The position numbers and the translations under genes were made by a program. The notes under the pieces were generated by a model. That model did no database searches. It saw only the letters and a program-made list of their open reading frames with translations, and had not been told where the DNA came from. Positions 42,575 to 51,416 of a stretch of DNA of 57,908 nucleotides are shown here, piece by piece (within the stretch, counting starts at the first letter, position 1; every line of letters begins with the position of its first letter). The stretch spans positions 1-57,908 of the forward strand of contig JACQXZ010000031.1 in NCBI GenBank assembly GCA_016208465.1. The letters run 5' to 3'. Source of the stretch: Actinomycetota bacterium (lineage in GTDB: Bacteria; Actinomycetota; Aquicultoria; JACQXZ01).

Positions 42575-43789
42575 ATGGTTTCTCGTTTTAAATTCGATGA
42601 TTGGACACACTTATACGCAACAAGAACTTCTTCTCTGAAATCTTCTGAGGTTCGCGACCTTCTAAGCGTAGGCACGCGTCCTGACATCATCTCGTTTGCC
42701 GGCGGACTTCCTTCTACAAAAAATTTTCCAATGCAAAAATTTATTAACGTTACCATGGCGCTTCAATACGGCCCTTCAGAAGGACACGAAGGATTAAGAA
42801 AACAGATTCAAAAAATTGTAAAAGAGGAAGGTGTAAAGGCTGACTCGGAAAACATTCTTGTCACATCCGGCAGTCAGCAGGCGCTTGATATGCTCGGGAA
42901 AATATTTATCGATCCCGGTGACCCAATTGTCGTTGAAGCGCCAAGCTATGTCGGCGCTTTAAATGCCTTTGCCAGTTATCAGACAAATTTTATTTCAATT
43001 CCTCTTGAGGAAGATGGGATCAGGATAGACGAACTATCTCATCGGCTTAGTGAATTAAAAAAGCAAAGCAAGCTTCCTAAGTTTATTTATTTGGTTCCTA
43101 CTTTCCATAATCCCGCAGGCATCACAATGTCTGAAGAAAAAAGAAAAAAAATAAGTCTTTTGGCAAAAGAGTACGAAACGATAATCATTGAGGATAACCC
43201 TTATAGCCAGCTAAGATTTGAAGGCAAAGCCATTCCTCCTATTCGATCCTTTGATGACTCGGTTATTTATCTGGGCACATTTTCAAAAATATTTTCTCCG
43301 GGATTGCGCTTGGGCTGGGCAATTGCTCCTCCTTCCGTTCATGAAAAATTAATTTTTGCAAAACAAGCGGCTGATCTCTGCACCAGTTCGTTTACCCAGC
43401 GGGTAGTTGAGAAATTTTTTGAAGATGATTCATGGAAAAACCATCTTGAAGATTTAATTGAGTGTTACAGAAAAAGAAGAGATGTTATGCTAAGAGCCTT
43501 AGAGGAATTTTTTCCTGAAGGAACAAAATGGACTATTCCGGAAGGCGGACTTTTCCTTTGGGTGGAACTGCCTGATTATATAAACACTACCCAAATGCTC
43601 GCAGAAGCAGTCCGTGAAGAAAAAATCGCTTATGTGCCCGGCAGAGCTTTTTTTGCTGATGGAAAGGGAACTAATTGTATGCGCTTAAATTTTTCATATC
43701 CAGAGGAAGACAAAATTTATGAAGGCATAAAGCGTCTTTCTAAAGTAGTTAAAAAACAAATTGGATTATATAAGTCGTTTAATATATAA
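42575..43789 (+). CDS. PLP-dependent aminotransferase (class I/II)
   Basis: It has the PLP-lysine context GTFSKIFSPGLRLGW, plus NPAG and DNPY motifs. I prefer the ATG at 42575 (AAGGTGA 8 nt upstream). A promoter-like TTGACT-17-TATTAT sits at 42428-42456. Confidence 0.86.
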   Translation: MVSRFKFDDWTHLYATRTSSLKSSEVRDLLSVGTRPDIISFAGGLPSTKNFPMQKFINVTMALQYGPSEGHEGLRKQIQKIVKEEGVKADSENILVTSGSQQALDMLGKIFIDPGDPIVVEAPSYVGALNAFASYQTNFISIPLEEDGIRIDELSHRLSELKKQSKLPKFIYLVPTFHNPAGITMSEEKRKKISLLAKEYETIIIEDNPYSQLRFEGKAIPPIRSFDDSVIYLGTFSKIFSPGLRLGWAIAPPSVHEKLIFAKQAADLCTSSFTQRVVEKFFEDDSWKNHLEDLIECYRKRRDVMLRALEEFFPEGTKWTIPEGGLFLWVELPDYINTTQMLAEAVREEKIAYVPGRAFFADGKGTNCMRLNFSYPEEDKIYEGIKRLSKVVKKQIGLYKSFNI

Positions 43790-43866
43790 ATATAACCACT
43801 AGATGGGCTAGGGATAAGAGGCTATAGGTGATAGATTAAAACTAAATATCAAATTCCAAGCATCAG

Positions 43867-43928
43867 ATAAGTTTTAAAATCAAAAATAAAAAATCAAATG
43901 TTAAAATGACAAATCAAAATTCAAAGAT
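43867..43928 (+). repeat. family R2 AT-rich element, partial (left part only)
   Basis: ATAAGTTTTAAAATCAAAAATAAAAAATCAAATGTTAAAATGACAAATCAAAATTCAAAGAT matches the first ~60 nt of 51417-51613. Confidence 0.6.
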
Positions 43929-43938
43929 GAACGCTAAA

Positions 43939-44052
43939 CATATAGGATGGGTCACAAAGTCACAAGGACACAAGTCACAAGTGAAGAAATTTTTAACTTG
44001 CGACCTGTGACTTGCAACTTGTGACTTTCAGTCCCGACTTGTTCGGATTAGG
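43939..44052 (-). repeat. GTCACAAG palindromic element (family R1), full copy, inverted
   Basis: CATATAGGATGGGTCACAAAGTCACAAGGACACAAGTCACAAGTGAAGAAATTTTTAACTTGCGACCTGTGACTTGCAACTTGTGACTTTCAGTCCCGACTTGTTCGGATTAGG. Confidence 0.8.
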
Positions 44053-44093
44053 TTAAAATATAAAACTTATTCAATTTTTGGTGGAGGTAAAAA

Positions 44094-45029
44094 ATGAAAG
44101 AAAGAATAGCGGTATTAATGGGTGGTCATTCCTTGGAAAGAGACATCTCTCTTAAAAGCGGTCATCGTGTCGCCGGCGCGCTAAAAGAAAAAGGTTACAG
44201 GGTTGCCTCTATCGACGTCGATGAAAATCTTGTTAAAACCTTAAAAGAGGAAAGGTTCGACTTGGCGTTTCTGACATTGCATGGTAAGTATGGTGAAGAT
44301 GGCACGGTTCAGGAATTGCTTGAAATCTTAGAGATGCCTTACACGGGATCTTCTGTTCTTTCGAGCATTCTGGGGATGAATAAAGAGTTGAGCAAAGAGT
44401 TTTTTGTCAAAGAAAATATACCTACACCTAAATTCTACGCTCTTTCCACAGGCGCATTTAAAGAGATGGGCGCTTCTGCCGCCCTAGATAATGTCATAGG
44501 CAAAATTGGATTTCCAATTGTTGTAAAACCTTCCGGTCAAGGATCTGCTCTTGGAATAAAATTCGTTAATAAAAAAGAAGACCTAACGAGCGCCTTGATT
44601 GGCGCTTTAAGTTATGACGACACAGTGATTCTTGAAGAATATATTAATGGAACCGAAATAACTGCCAGCATAATTGGAAACAAAGAAACAGAAATACTGC
44701 CACTGGTTGAAATTGTCCCTCAAAAAGAGTTTTTTGATTTTGAATCAATGTATACAAAAGGATTGACAGAATATTTTGTTCCGGCGAGAATATCAGATGA
44801 ATCAACCAAAAAAGCAAATGAAATCGCTTTTAAAGTCTATAATCTTTTTGACTGCAGGGGCGCCTGCAGAGTAGATATGATAGTTAAAGATGAACAGATT
44901 TATGTTTTAGAAATAAACACAATTCCCGGAATGACAGATACAAGTCTTTTGCCAATGGCAGCAAAAGAAGCTGGGATGGATTTTCCTGATTTAGTTGAAA
45001 AACTAGTCGGTCTTGCGTTGAATAAATAA
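44094..45029 (+). CDS. ddl: D-alanine--D-alanine ligase
   Basis: 311 aa with an ATP-grasp fold (HGKYGEDGTVQELLE, VVKPSGQGSALGI, EINTIPGMT). The omega-loop Tyr is retained (ESMYTKG). Confidence 0.92.
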   Translation: MKERIAVLMGGHSLERDISLKSGHRVAGALKEKGYRVASIDVDENLVKTLKEERFDLAFLTLHGKYGEDGTVQELLEILEMPYTGSSVLSSILGMNKELSKEFFVKENIPTPKFYALSTGAFKEMGASAALDNVIGKIGFPIVVKPSGQGSALGIKFVNKKEDLTSALIGALSYDDTVILEEYINGTEITASIIGNKETEILPLVEIVPQKEFFDFESMYTKGLTEYFVPARISDESTKKANEIAFKVYNLFDCRGACRVDMIVKDEQIYVLEINTIPGMTDTSLLPMAAKEAGMDFPDLVEKLVGLALNK

Positions 45030-45031
45030 TT

Positions 45032-45107
45032 GCCTCCGTAGCTCAGGGGAGAAGAGCAGAGGTTTCCTAAACCTCGTGCGCAGGTTCGATTCCTGCCGGG
45101 GGCACCA
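45032..45107 (+). tRNA. tRNA-Arg (anticodon CCT), CCA encoded
   Basis: GCCTCCGTAGCTCAGGGGAGAAGAGCAGAGGTTTCCTAAACCTCGTGCGCAGGTTCGATTCCTGCCGGGGGCACCA folds by hand as a cloverleaf. The anticodon stem is GAGGT/ACCTC with loop TTCCTAA, and the T arm is GCAGG-TTCGATT-CCTGC. It starts 2 nt after the ddl stop. Confidence 0.92.
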
Positions 45108-45142
45108 AAATTACAATGCGAATTTTAGAGCAACATTCTGGT

Positions 45143-45379
45143 TCAAGACGCCTTTTCGAGACGCTCTGCCACCCAGACTTTAATAATGGATTGCCGAGGC
45201 ACACCCAAACGTCTTGCTTCTTTATCTAATAAGTGAATCATCCATAGAGGGAAATCTACGTTTACTCTTTTCTGTTCTTGTTCAGGCCTCCTTGCTTTGG
45301 ATACATCAAGGTATTTGGTAATGTCTTCTTTACCTTCGTTAAATTTTTTTTCAAACTCACGAGCTTTCATATATGTCAA
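45143..45379 (-). CDS. brnA: BrnA-like antitoxin (ribbon-helix-helix)
   Basis: 78 aa. KRVNVDFPLWMIHLLDKEARRLGVPRQSIIKVWVAERL is an RHH of the BrnA type. It overlaps the upstream toxin gene. Confidence 0.72.
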   Translation of the reverse strand: MTYMKAREFEKKFNEGKEDITKYLDVSKARRPEQEQKRVNVDFPLWMIHLLDKEARRLGVPRQSIIKVWVAERLEKAS

Positions 45380-45605
45380 CCTCCTCTTTTCTGGACCTTC
45401 GTACTGAAATAATCCTTACATTTTCGGTCCGATATGTAATAATTCCTGACCAATGTTTTCCTAGAATTTTTCCGATTACCAAAAATCTTGACTCGTCACT
45501 GACTTTTACTGAAATCTCAATAAGGTCAGGATCATCCCATAAAGCCTGAGCTTCTACAAAATCAAAAGCATCAATTATTTTCACCTGAATCCTTTCTGAG
45601 TTCAT
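45357..45605 (-). CDS. brnT: BrnT-like toxin (DUF497 family)
   Basis: FDFVEAQALWDDPDLIEI...DESRFLVIGKILGKHWSGIITYR.ENVRIISVRRSRKEE fits the DUF497 pattern (FeEA..vF.D....ERf..iG......l.vvyt.R....RIISAR.A...E). The N-terminus and start (45605 or 45632) are uncertain, and the usual KHG is not evident. Confidence 0.6.
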   Translation of the reverse strand: MNSERIQVKIIDAFDFVEAQALWDDPDLIEISVKVSDESRFLVIGKILGKHWSGIITYRTENVRIISVRRSRKEEVDIYESS

Positions 45606-45810
45606 AAAAAACCATAAAGCAGCCAAAAGCAAAAAATAGCGTTAGAATAACTCCGATAGCATCAACCGGCAAAGTTTTAATGTAAATAAAAAAAGAAAAA
45701 CCTAAGACCAAAGCAATAACAAGAAATCCGAGCCCCGCATATCTCTTCTTATTAATAAAGAGAAGCGCCGCAAAAACCAAAGCTATGATTCCTAAAACAG
45801 TATCGTGCAA
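45571..45810 (-). CDS. small membrane protein (79 aa, ~3 TM), hypothetical
   Basis: The profile is hydrophobic. It starts 12 nt after the galT stop. I recognise no family. Confidence 0.45.
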   Translation of the reverse strand: MHDTVLGIIALVFAALLFINKKRYAGLGFLVIALVLGFSFFIYIKTLPVDAIGVILTLFFAFGCFMVFYELRKDSGENN

Positions 45811-45822
45811 CCGGCGCCTCCT

Positions 45823-46821
45823 TTACTGATCCAGCTTGACATCCCTTAAAACACAAGCCGCGTCTTCTGGTTTAACAGAATTTATAAAAATACCTGTTCC
45901 CCATTCAAATCCGCCCATTGTCGAAGAAAGACGGGGAATTATCTCAATATGCCAGTGATAAAAAGGGGGTGTTGTATTTGCAGGCGAAACATGGATAAAA
46001 TAATTGTAAGGCGGGTTATCCAGAGCATAATTTAATCTCGTAAACAATTCTTTCATAATTAAAGCAAGCTGACTCTCTTCCCTTTTTGAAATATCCTCAA
46101 AAAGAGAAAGATGTCTTTTGGGAAGCAAATAAATTTCAAAGGGGAACCTTGAAGCGTAAGGACAAAAAGCAATAAAACACTCATTTTCAAGCACAACTCT
46201 TACCTGTTCGCTTTTTTCCCTCTCGATAACATCGCAATACAAACAACTTTTGTATTTTTTGTAATACTCTTCCGAAAAAGCAAGTTCCTCCAAAACCTTA
46301 GCGGGAATTAACGGAGTAGCAAAAAGCTGCGAATGAGAATGCTCCAAAGAGGCGCCGGCAAAACAGCCCTGATTTTTAATTATTAAAATATATTTTAAAT
46401 GAGGATTACCGCTCCAGTGCTGATAGCGCAAAATGTACGTTTTTAAGATTTTTTCTAATTGATCTATGCTTATATTTGATAAGCTTATATCATGATTAGG
46501 TCCTTCAATAATAACCTCGTGCGCCCCAAATCCACTCATCACTTCATAAAAATCAACTTTTGACTGAAGAAGTATTTCGCTAGGATCCAATGCAGGATAT
46601 TTATTCGGAACAACCCGAACCTGCCAACCGGGGACATCGGGTCCTGTCGTAGCATCACGAAAAGCAAAAGTTTCAGGAGGAGTTAACTTTTCATTTCCCT
46701 CGCAAAAAGAACAGATTTTTCTAGACTCGTCTTCGCCTTTAAAATCAGACGGCCTTGTTTTTCTGCCAGAAGCAACAATTGTCCATTTCTGATTCAGCAA
46801 ATCTTTTCTAAACTCCGACAT
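45823..46821 (-). CDS. galT: galactose-1-phosphate uridylyltransferase family (HIT superfamily)
   Basis: It has the zinc motif CSFCEGNE and the active-site motif SLEHSHSQLF (HxHxQ). I use the ATG at 46821 (GAGGAA 3 nt upstream); the track start at 46863 is less likely. Confidence 0.85.
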   Translation of the reverse strand: MSEFRKDLLNQKWTIVASGRKTRPSDFKGEDESRKICSFCEGNEKLTPPETFAFRDATTGPDVPGWQVRVVPNKYPALDPSEILLQSKVDFYEVMSGFGAHEVIIEGPNHDISLSNISIDQLEKILKTYILRYQHWSGNPHLKYILIIKNQGCFAGASLEHSHSQLFATPLIPAKVLEELAFSEEYYKKYKSCLYCDVIEREKSEQVRVVLENECFIAFCPYASRFPFEIYLLPKRHLSLFEDISKREESQLALIMKELFTRLNYALDNPPYNYFIHVSPANTTPPFYHWHIEIIPRLSSTMGGFEWGTGIFINSVKPEDAACVLRDVKLDQ

Positions 46822-46960
46822 AGGTTCCTCACAATTTTCTCGACATTTACAGATTATACGCATAAAATTAGCATAGCAAAAGGTTCAAATAAACATACGA
46901 CGTTAATTAATCAAAATCCTTGCCCTGTAAAATCTGACAACAAACATTTAGGAGAAAATA

Positions 46961-47836
46961 ATGGAACAGGTTTTAAAAAACAAAAGCTTAAAAACAAATC
47001 TTAAAAAAATAAAAAATCTGGTTAAAGAAATTAAGGTCATTTACACAGACGTAGACGGAACTCTTCTAGGCCCAGAGGGCTGTTTTTTCTTAGATTCAGC
47101 CAAAAATTATACCTTAAAGCCTGCGGCCGTTTTAGTTGAGGCTCTTAAAAAAGACATTGACGTTGTTATGATATCAGGCCGAAATGCCACTCAGTTAAGA
47201 GAAAACGCAAGATTGTTAGGATTAAAAAACTATATCGCCGAGATGGGAACTTTACTCGTTTACAATCAGGGAGAAAAAATCATTAAAAATCTCGGCACAT
47301 TTGAACAAACAGAAGAGACGGTTTATGAAACCATCAAAAAATCCGGCGCAATAGATTTGCTATTCAAAACATTTGCGGGAAAAATAGAGGATCACAACCC
47401 TTGGTCAAAAGAAAGAGAATGCACCCCTCTTTTTAGAGGATTTATTGATACTGATGAAGCCAACAATGTATTAAGGCAAAATGGATTTAAAAACCTCGTG
47501 CTAATAGATAATGGCGCAATATACAGAAAAAGCAATACAATAGATGTGCCAAAAATGCCCGCTTACCATCTGGTTCCCGGTGGAATCAGTAAAGAGTCGG
47601 GAATAAAAAAAGACAGGGAAATACGAAACATCCCCCAAGGCTCTACTATTGCAATTGGTGACGCTGTCGCGGATTTCAAATTTGCCGAAGAAGCAGGTGT
47701 TTTCTTTCTGCTTAAAAATGGCTTAACCAAAAATACTCATCTTAGCGAAAACATTCTTAATTCTGAAAACATTTTTGTAACAGAAAACGAGATGGGATTA
47801 GGTTGGGCAGAAATCGTAGAAGCCTTGGCTTTATAA
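46961..47836 (+). CDS. HAD-superfamily (IIB-like) phosphatase
   Basis: Motif I is YTDVDGTLLG, motif II is MISGR, and motif IV is GDAVADFKF. Confidence 0.78.
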   Translation: MEQVLKNKSLKTNLKKIKNLVKEIKVIYTDVDGTLLGPEGCFFLDSAKNYTLKPAAVLVEALKKDIDVVMISGRNATQLRENARLLGLKNYIAEMGTLLVYNQGEKIIKNLGTFEQTEETVYETIKKSGAIDLLFKTFAGKIEDHNPWSKERECTPLFRGFIDTDEANNVLRQNGFKNLVLIDNGAIYRKSNTIDVPKMPAYHLVPGGISKESGIKKDREIRNIPQGSTIAIGDAVADFKFAEEAGVFFLLKNGLTKNTHLSENILNSENIFVTENEMGLGWAEIVEALAL

Positions 47837-48718
47837 CAAAGATGAGGTTTTGTATTTAATCAGCAGGTCGTCATTTATTTTATAACATAATGAATCGATT
47901 TTGTGCGGTATTTGCAATTTATCCTTTAACGCATTGATAAGCCGACTTTTTGCAATATCTTCAATCGCCCATTCTTCTGAAGGAACAGCCGTAATCCTGA
48001 TTCTGGCAATATTCGAATTGCTTAACGACAAAAACTCCTGAAGCTTAGGCGGTCCAAAGAAAAAAGGTTGTTCTTTAATTATTTCGTTTCCAGCGTCAAT
48101 AATAATTCTTTGCACAGACACCTCGTCAATCCACGACGGCAAAAAAATATCTATGTTAAAAGCAATCTGTCCGCCAACAAACCTTTTAACACTGGCAATC
48201 GTACCATTTTGAACATAAAATAAGCTTCCATCAAAACTACGAATTTTTGTAATCCTTAAACCTATTTCTTCGACAACACCGCTAATTTCAGATGGCGGGC
48301 AAATCAAAACAACAAAATCCCCAACAACATACTGGTCTTCAAAAATCATAGAAAAACCAGCCAAAACATCTTTTACAAAACTCTGTGCGCCAAAACCCAA
48401 TGCTACCCCTACTATGCCAGCTCCTGCAATAAAAGGCAAGAGATTCACTCCAAGGGCATCTAAAATAAGACTGCCCGCCACAAAAAATAAAAAATATTTT
48501 AATAAATTTTGAAGAAGAGAATTGAGCGTGTAGGTTCTTTTTCTTGAAACAGCAAGCCTCGAAGCAGATTCGTCCTTATTGTTCTTCGTTTTAAGACGCA
48601 CCAGCTTCAACAAAAAGAGAGAGACAGACCGATAAACAAACACGGTTACCAACGATATGATTAAAATCCTAAGAGCCGCTGAAAAAATTACCTCAAGCGA
48701 TGGCACTAATCCGCTCAT
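47831..48718 (-). CDS. mscS: small-conductance mechanosensitive channel (MscS family)
   Basis: It has three TM segments followed by FEDQYVVGDFVVL...GVVEEIGLRITKIRSFDGSLFYVQNGTI (MscS beta domain). Confidence 0.87.
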   Translation of the reverse strand: MSGLVPSLEVIFSAALRILIISLVTVFVYRSVSLFLLKLVRLKTKNNKDESASRLAVSRKRTYTLNSLLQNLLKYFLFFVAGSLILDALGVNLLPFIAGAGIVGVALGFGAQSFVKDVLAGFSMIFEDQYVVGDFVVLICPPSEISGVVEEIGLRITKIRSFDGSLFYVQNGTIASVKRFVGGQIAFNIDIFLPSWIDEVSVQRIIIDAGNEIIKEQPFFFGPPKLQEFLSLSNSNIARIRITAVPSEEWAIEDIAKSRLINALKDKLQIPHKIDSLCYKINDDLLIKYKTSSLL

Positions 48719-49575
48719 CTTTCTGCTTCCTTCTCTTTCCCGTTTAACAAAAACTCTGAGACAGGCACAATATCAAAGCCTCTTTCTTTCAAACCATCTA
48801 TTATTAAAGACAGCGCCTCAACAGTGTTTTCGCGACTAGCTCCTTCTTTTCTGATTAACGCTCCGCTGTCGTGGAAAAGAACAATTCCTCCATTTCTTGC
48901 ATACTTAAGAACTCTTTTTGCCATTACTTTTGCGTTTATTCCCCGCCAGTCTATTGAACTAATCGTCCACAAAACAATCTGATAACCTTCGCTCACCAAA
49001 AGCTTTCTCGATGCATTACTATATATTCCCCGCGGAGGCCTGAATAGCCTTGTCCTAACTCCTGTAGCTGAGTGAATTATATTATCTGCTCTCTTCAACT
49101 GCCAAAGAATTGCTTTTCTTGTGGATGGCGCTATTTCGCGATGACTGTAAGTGTGATTGCCTATATCATGTCCTTCGCTCACGATTCTTCTTGCAATGTC
49201 TGGATATTTATGAACATGAGCGCCGGTAACAAAAAATGATCCTTTGACATTCTTCTCCTTTAAAACATCAAGAATTTTTGGAGTAAAATTCGGGTTTGGA
49301 CCATCATCAAATGTTAGTGAAATAGCACGTTTTTCTTTAGATCCCCGCCTGATTATTCCTTCTTGGGAACCAAGGCCATGATATTCAAAATAACTTACAA
49401 AAGAAGCAACAACGGCAAACAAAAAGGTTATGCTTCCCAAAAACAGAAAGACTGATTTGTTTATTGAGGGAGAAATATCCCGGCTCACAATATATTTAAA
49501 AAATATTGCTACGATGATAAACAAGAGCCCAATGATAAAAATTGTTCTAATAGTTGAACGTGTCTCATGATTCAT
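48715..49575 (-). CDS. membrane-anchored polysaccharide deacetylase (NodB domain), second copy
   Basis: LTFDDGPNPNFT, SFFVTG, GNHTYSHREI and FRPPRG are present. There is an ATGA overlap with mscS. Confidence 0.87.
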   Translation of the reverse strand: MNHETRSTIRTIFIIGLLFIIVAIFFKYIVSRDISPSINKSVFLFLGSITFLFAVVASFVSYFEYHGLGSQEGIIRRGSKEKRAISLTFDDGPNPNFTPKILDVLKEKNVKGSFFVTGAHVHKYPDIARRIVSEGHDIGNHTYSHREIAPSTRKAILWQLKRADNIIHSATGVRTRLFRPPRGIYSNASRKLLVSEGYQIVLWTISSIDWRGINAKVMAKRVLKYARNGGIVLFHDSGALIRKEGASRENTVEALSLIIDGLKERGFDIVPVSEFLLNGKEKEAER

Positions 49576-49668
49576 TATTTTTAAGCCAAGGATTTAAGCT
49601 GCAAATCACCCTTTCAGGATTGCATCAATCACCTTCGTGCTAATACAATCAACTAATTTCAATCTAAA

Positions 49669-49794
49669 CCCAATCCGAACAAGTCGGGACCGAAAGTCAC
49701 AAGTTGCAAGTCACAGGTCACAAGTTAAAAACTTCTTCACTTGTGACCTGTGTCCTTGTGACTTTGTGACCCATCTTATATATTCTGCCAAAAA
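49669..49794 (+). repeat. GTCACAAG palindromic element (family R1), full copy
   Basis: CCCAATCCGAACAAGTCGGGACCGAAAGTCACAAGTTGCAAGTCACAGGTCACAAGTTAAAAACTTCTTCACTTGTGACCTGTGTCCTTGTGACTTTGTGACCCATCTTATATATTCTGCCAAAAA. Confidence 0.8.
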
Positions 49795-49821
49795 TTACAC
49801 AATTGAATTTAAGGTGTTGAG

Positions 49822-49857
49822 CAAAAATGTGCTCACCCTTAAAAAGGCGAGCACATT
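49822..49857 (-). terminator. intrinsic terminator of the FBP aldolase/phosphatase gene
   Basis: The reverse strand reads ATGTGCTCGCC-TTTTTAA-GGGTGAGCACAT followed by TTTTT. It lies ~75 nt after the stop codon. Confidence 0.6.
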
Positions 49858-49932
49858 GTAATCACAAGATCATCCTTTTGTGTGAGAAGTAGTCACTTCC
49901 TCTTTTACTTTAGCAACTCCCTCTCGCTCTAG

Positions 49933-51036
49933 TCAACCAGATTTAATAAATCTGTCCTTTAATTTTTCCATAACTTCTGGCATAGTAGTATATTCCATTT
50001 CTTCCAACGGAAGACGATGAGGTTCAAATGGACCGTGCCTTCTCAAATAATCAGCCGCATTCAAAGCAATTTCCCGCGCCTTGTCATAGCTCTTATCTGC
50101 AAACATATCCCGAGGCGTGCCCAGGTTCCCGTCTTTTAACTGAAAACCTAATGCCACTACCCGGGGAGGGCCATCAAATCTTGTAGGAGTATCATCACAC
50201 CAGCTAACGGGCATTAATGGGCCGTGGTGGGAGCCTCTCATCCATCCTGCAACAAGATGTGGGAAGGCAAACGGTTCAAGCGCTTCTCCAACAGCCGGCA
50301 AACCACTCTGGCAGCGAACAACCATTACTGGATCATCCTTGCCAACATATCTGCCTGCCATAAAAAACAATCTTTGAGTAGAAGTCGCTGCTGCTACCTC
50401 TCCTGTGTCTTTTCTGAAAACACTTTTAACAACAAATCTTCCGGGCGCTCCAATAAAAATTAACAAATTGTAAAGTTCTTCCGGACAAGAAAAGACAACC
50501 TTTTTATGTTCAATCAAATCGTCTACCTCAAAATTAAATCCCTGATGCATTTTTGGATCAATAATTAAACCAATCGTGTTAAACGGATCTGCAAAGATTT
50601 TATAAAGAGGCATATTCCATGCGCCCGGCTCTGTCTTGTCTGCCAGAAAAACTATAACCGGCTCGCTGGTTCTTTCCTCAAATTCAATCTCGGCGTAACC
50701 AGGACCCATACCTCTTAAGTTCCCCGAAAAAGCATCTGACAGTAAATCTTGTCCCGCGCCATACTGCCCTAATGATTTTGCAACTTCAGTTGCCGCCTCA
50801 AAAGTTTCCCATGCGAATTTATGAATGTTTTCATTATCAGGACCATGCCTATGCGTCATAATCAAAGCAATATCATCACCCACCTTGCCGCGGTGGTAGT
50901 CGATAATTAGTCCCTGATTTTTTGCGTTTTCCAGACATTCTTCAGTTTTGCTTAATAAATCCGGGTGGACACTGGAATGACCAACCCATCCGCCAACATC
51001 TGCTTTAATAATACTTAATGTTATTTTCTCTCCCAT
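49933..51036 (-). CDS. fbp: fructose-1,6-bisphosphate aldolase/phosphatase (class V FBPase)
   Basis: MGEKITLSIIKADVGGWVGHS... has the characteristic N-terminus. The length is ~367 aa with high similarity throughout as I remember the family. I use the ATG at 51036 (AAGGAGG 6 nt upstream). Confidence 0.9.
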   Translation of the reverse strand: MGEKITLSIIKADVGGWVGHSSVHPDLLSKTEECLENAKNQGLIIDYHRGKVGDDIALIMTHRHGPDNENIHKFAWETFEAATEVAKSLGQYGAGQDLLSDAFSGNLRGMGPGYAEIEFEERTSEPVIVFLADKTEPGAWNMPLYKIFADPFNTIGLIIDPKMHQGFNFEVDDLIEHKKVVFSCPEELYNLLIFIGAPGRFVVKSVFRKDTGEVAAATSTQRLFFMAGRYVGKDDPVMVVRCQSGLPAVGEALEPFAFPHLVAGWMRGSHHGPLMPVSWCDDTPTRFDGPPRVVALGFQLKDGNLGTPRDMFADKSYDKAREIALNAADYLRRHGPFEPHRLPLEEMEYTTMPEVMEKLKDRFIKSG

Positions 51037-51416
51037 CAAATACCTCCTTTATATTTTTCAAGTTAACCAACTGTCAATTTCTTAAGAACTTAATTTCCTG
51101 CACCATCCTCCCTTCCAACCATTTCTAACTAGAAACTCCCCAAGGTCATTCGCGGAGATCCTTCGTCCCACGACGACGATCGGATTTACATCCCATCGTC
51201 AATTATATCAATAGACAAAATTTTTTCAATTTATTAACCTATATATTTATTAATTCTCCTCCTGTTAACCATTTCCTGCTTCAATCCAGATATTACATTA
51301 GATTTCACTGCCTTATTAAATCATAATTGCTATTGTTTCAAAAAGTCCTTAAAAGTATAATTGGTGATTGGCAGATTGAATTTACAATAACAGGAAAGTC
51401 AAAAGGATAAACACCA

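Noticed and set aside
45108-45822. A genomic island integrated at tRNA-Arg, carrying brnTA and the small membrane ORF.
   Set aside because: There is no integrase and no direct repeat of the tRNA 3' end. The segment is only ~0.7 kb, and it appears co-oriented and contiguous with galT. The idea is kept only as context in a low-interest finding.
13426-49794. Possibility that the GTCACAAG repeats, or the GATTTTT heptamers at 51587-51612, represent a CRISPR array.
   Set aside because: There is no regular repeat-spacer periodicity, and copies are kilobases apart. The units are internally palindromic composites of varying length. No cas genes are present. The heptamer array is a simple microsatellite.
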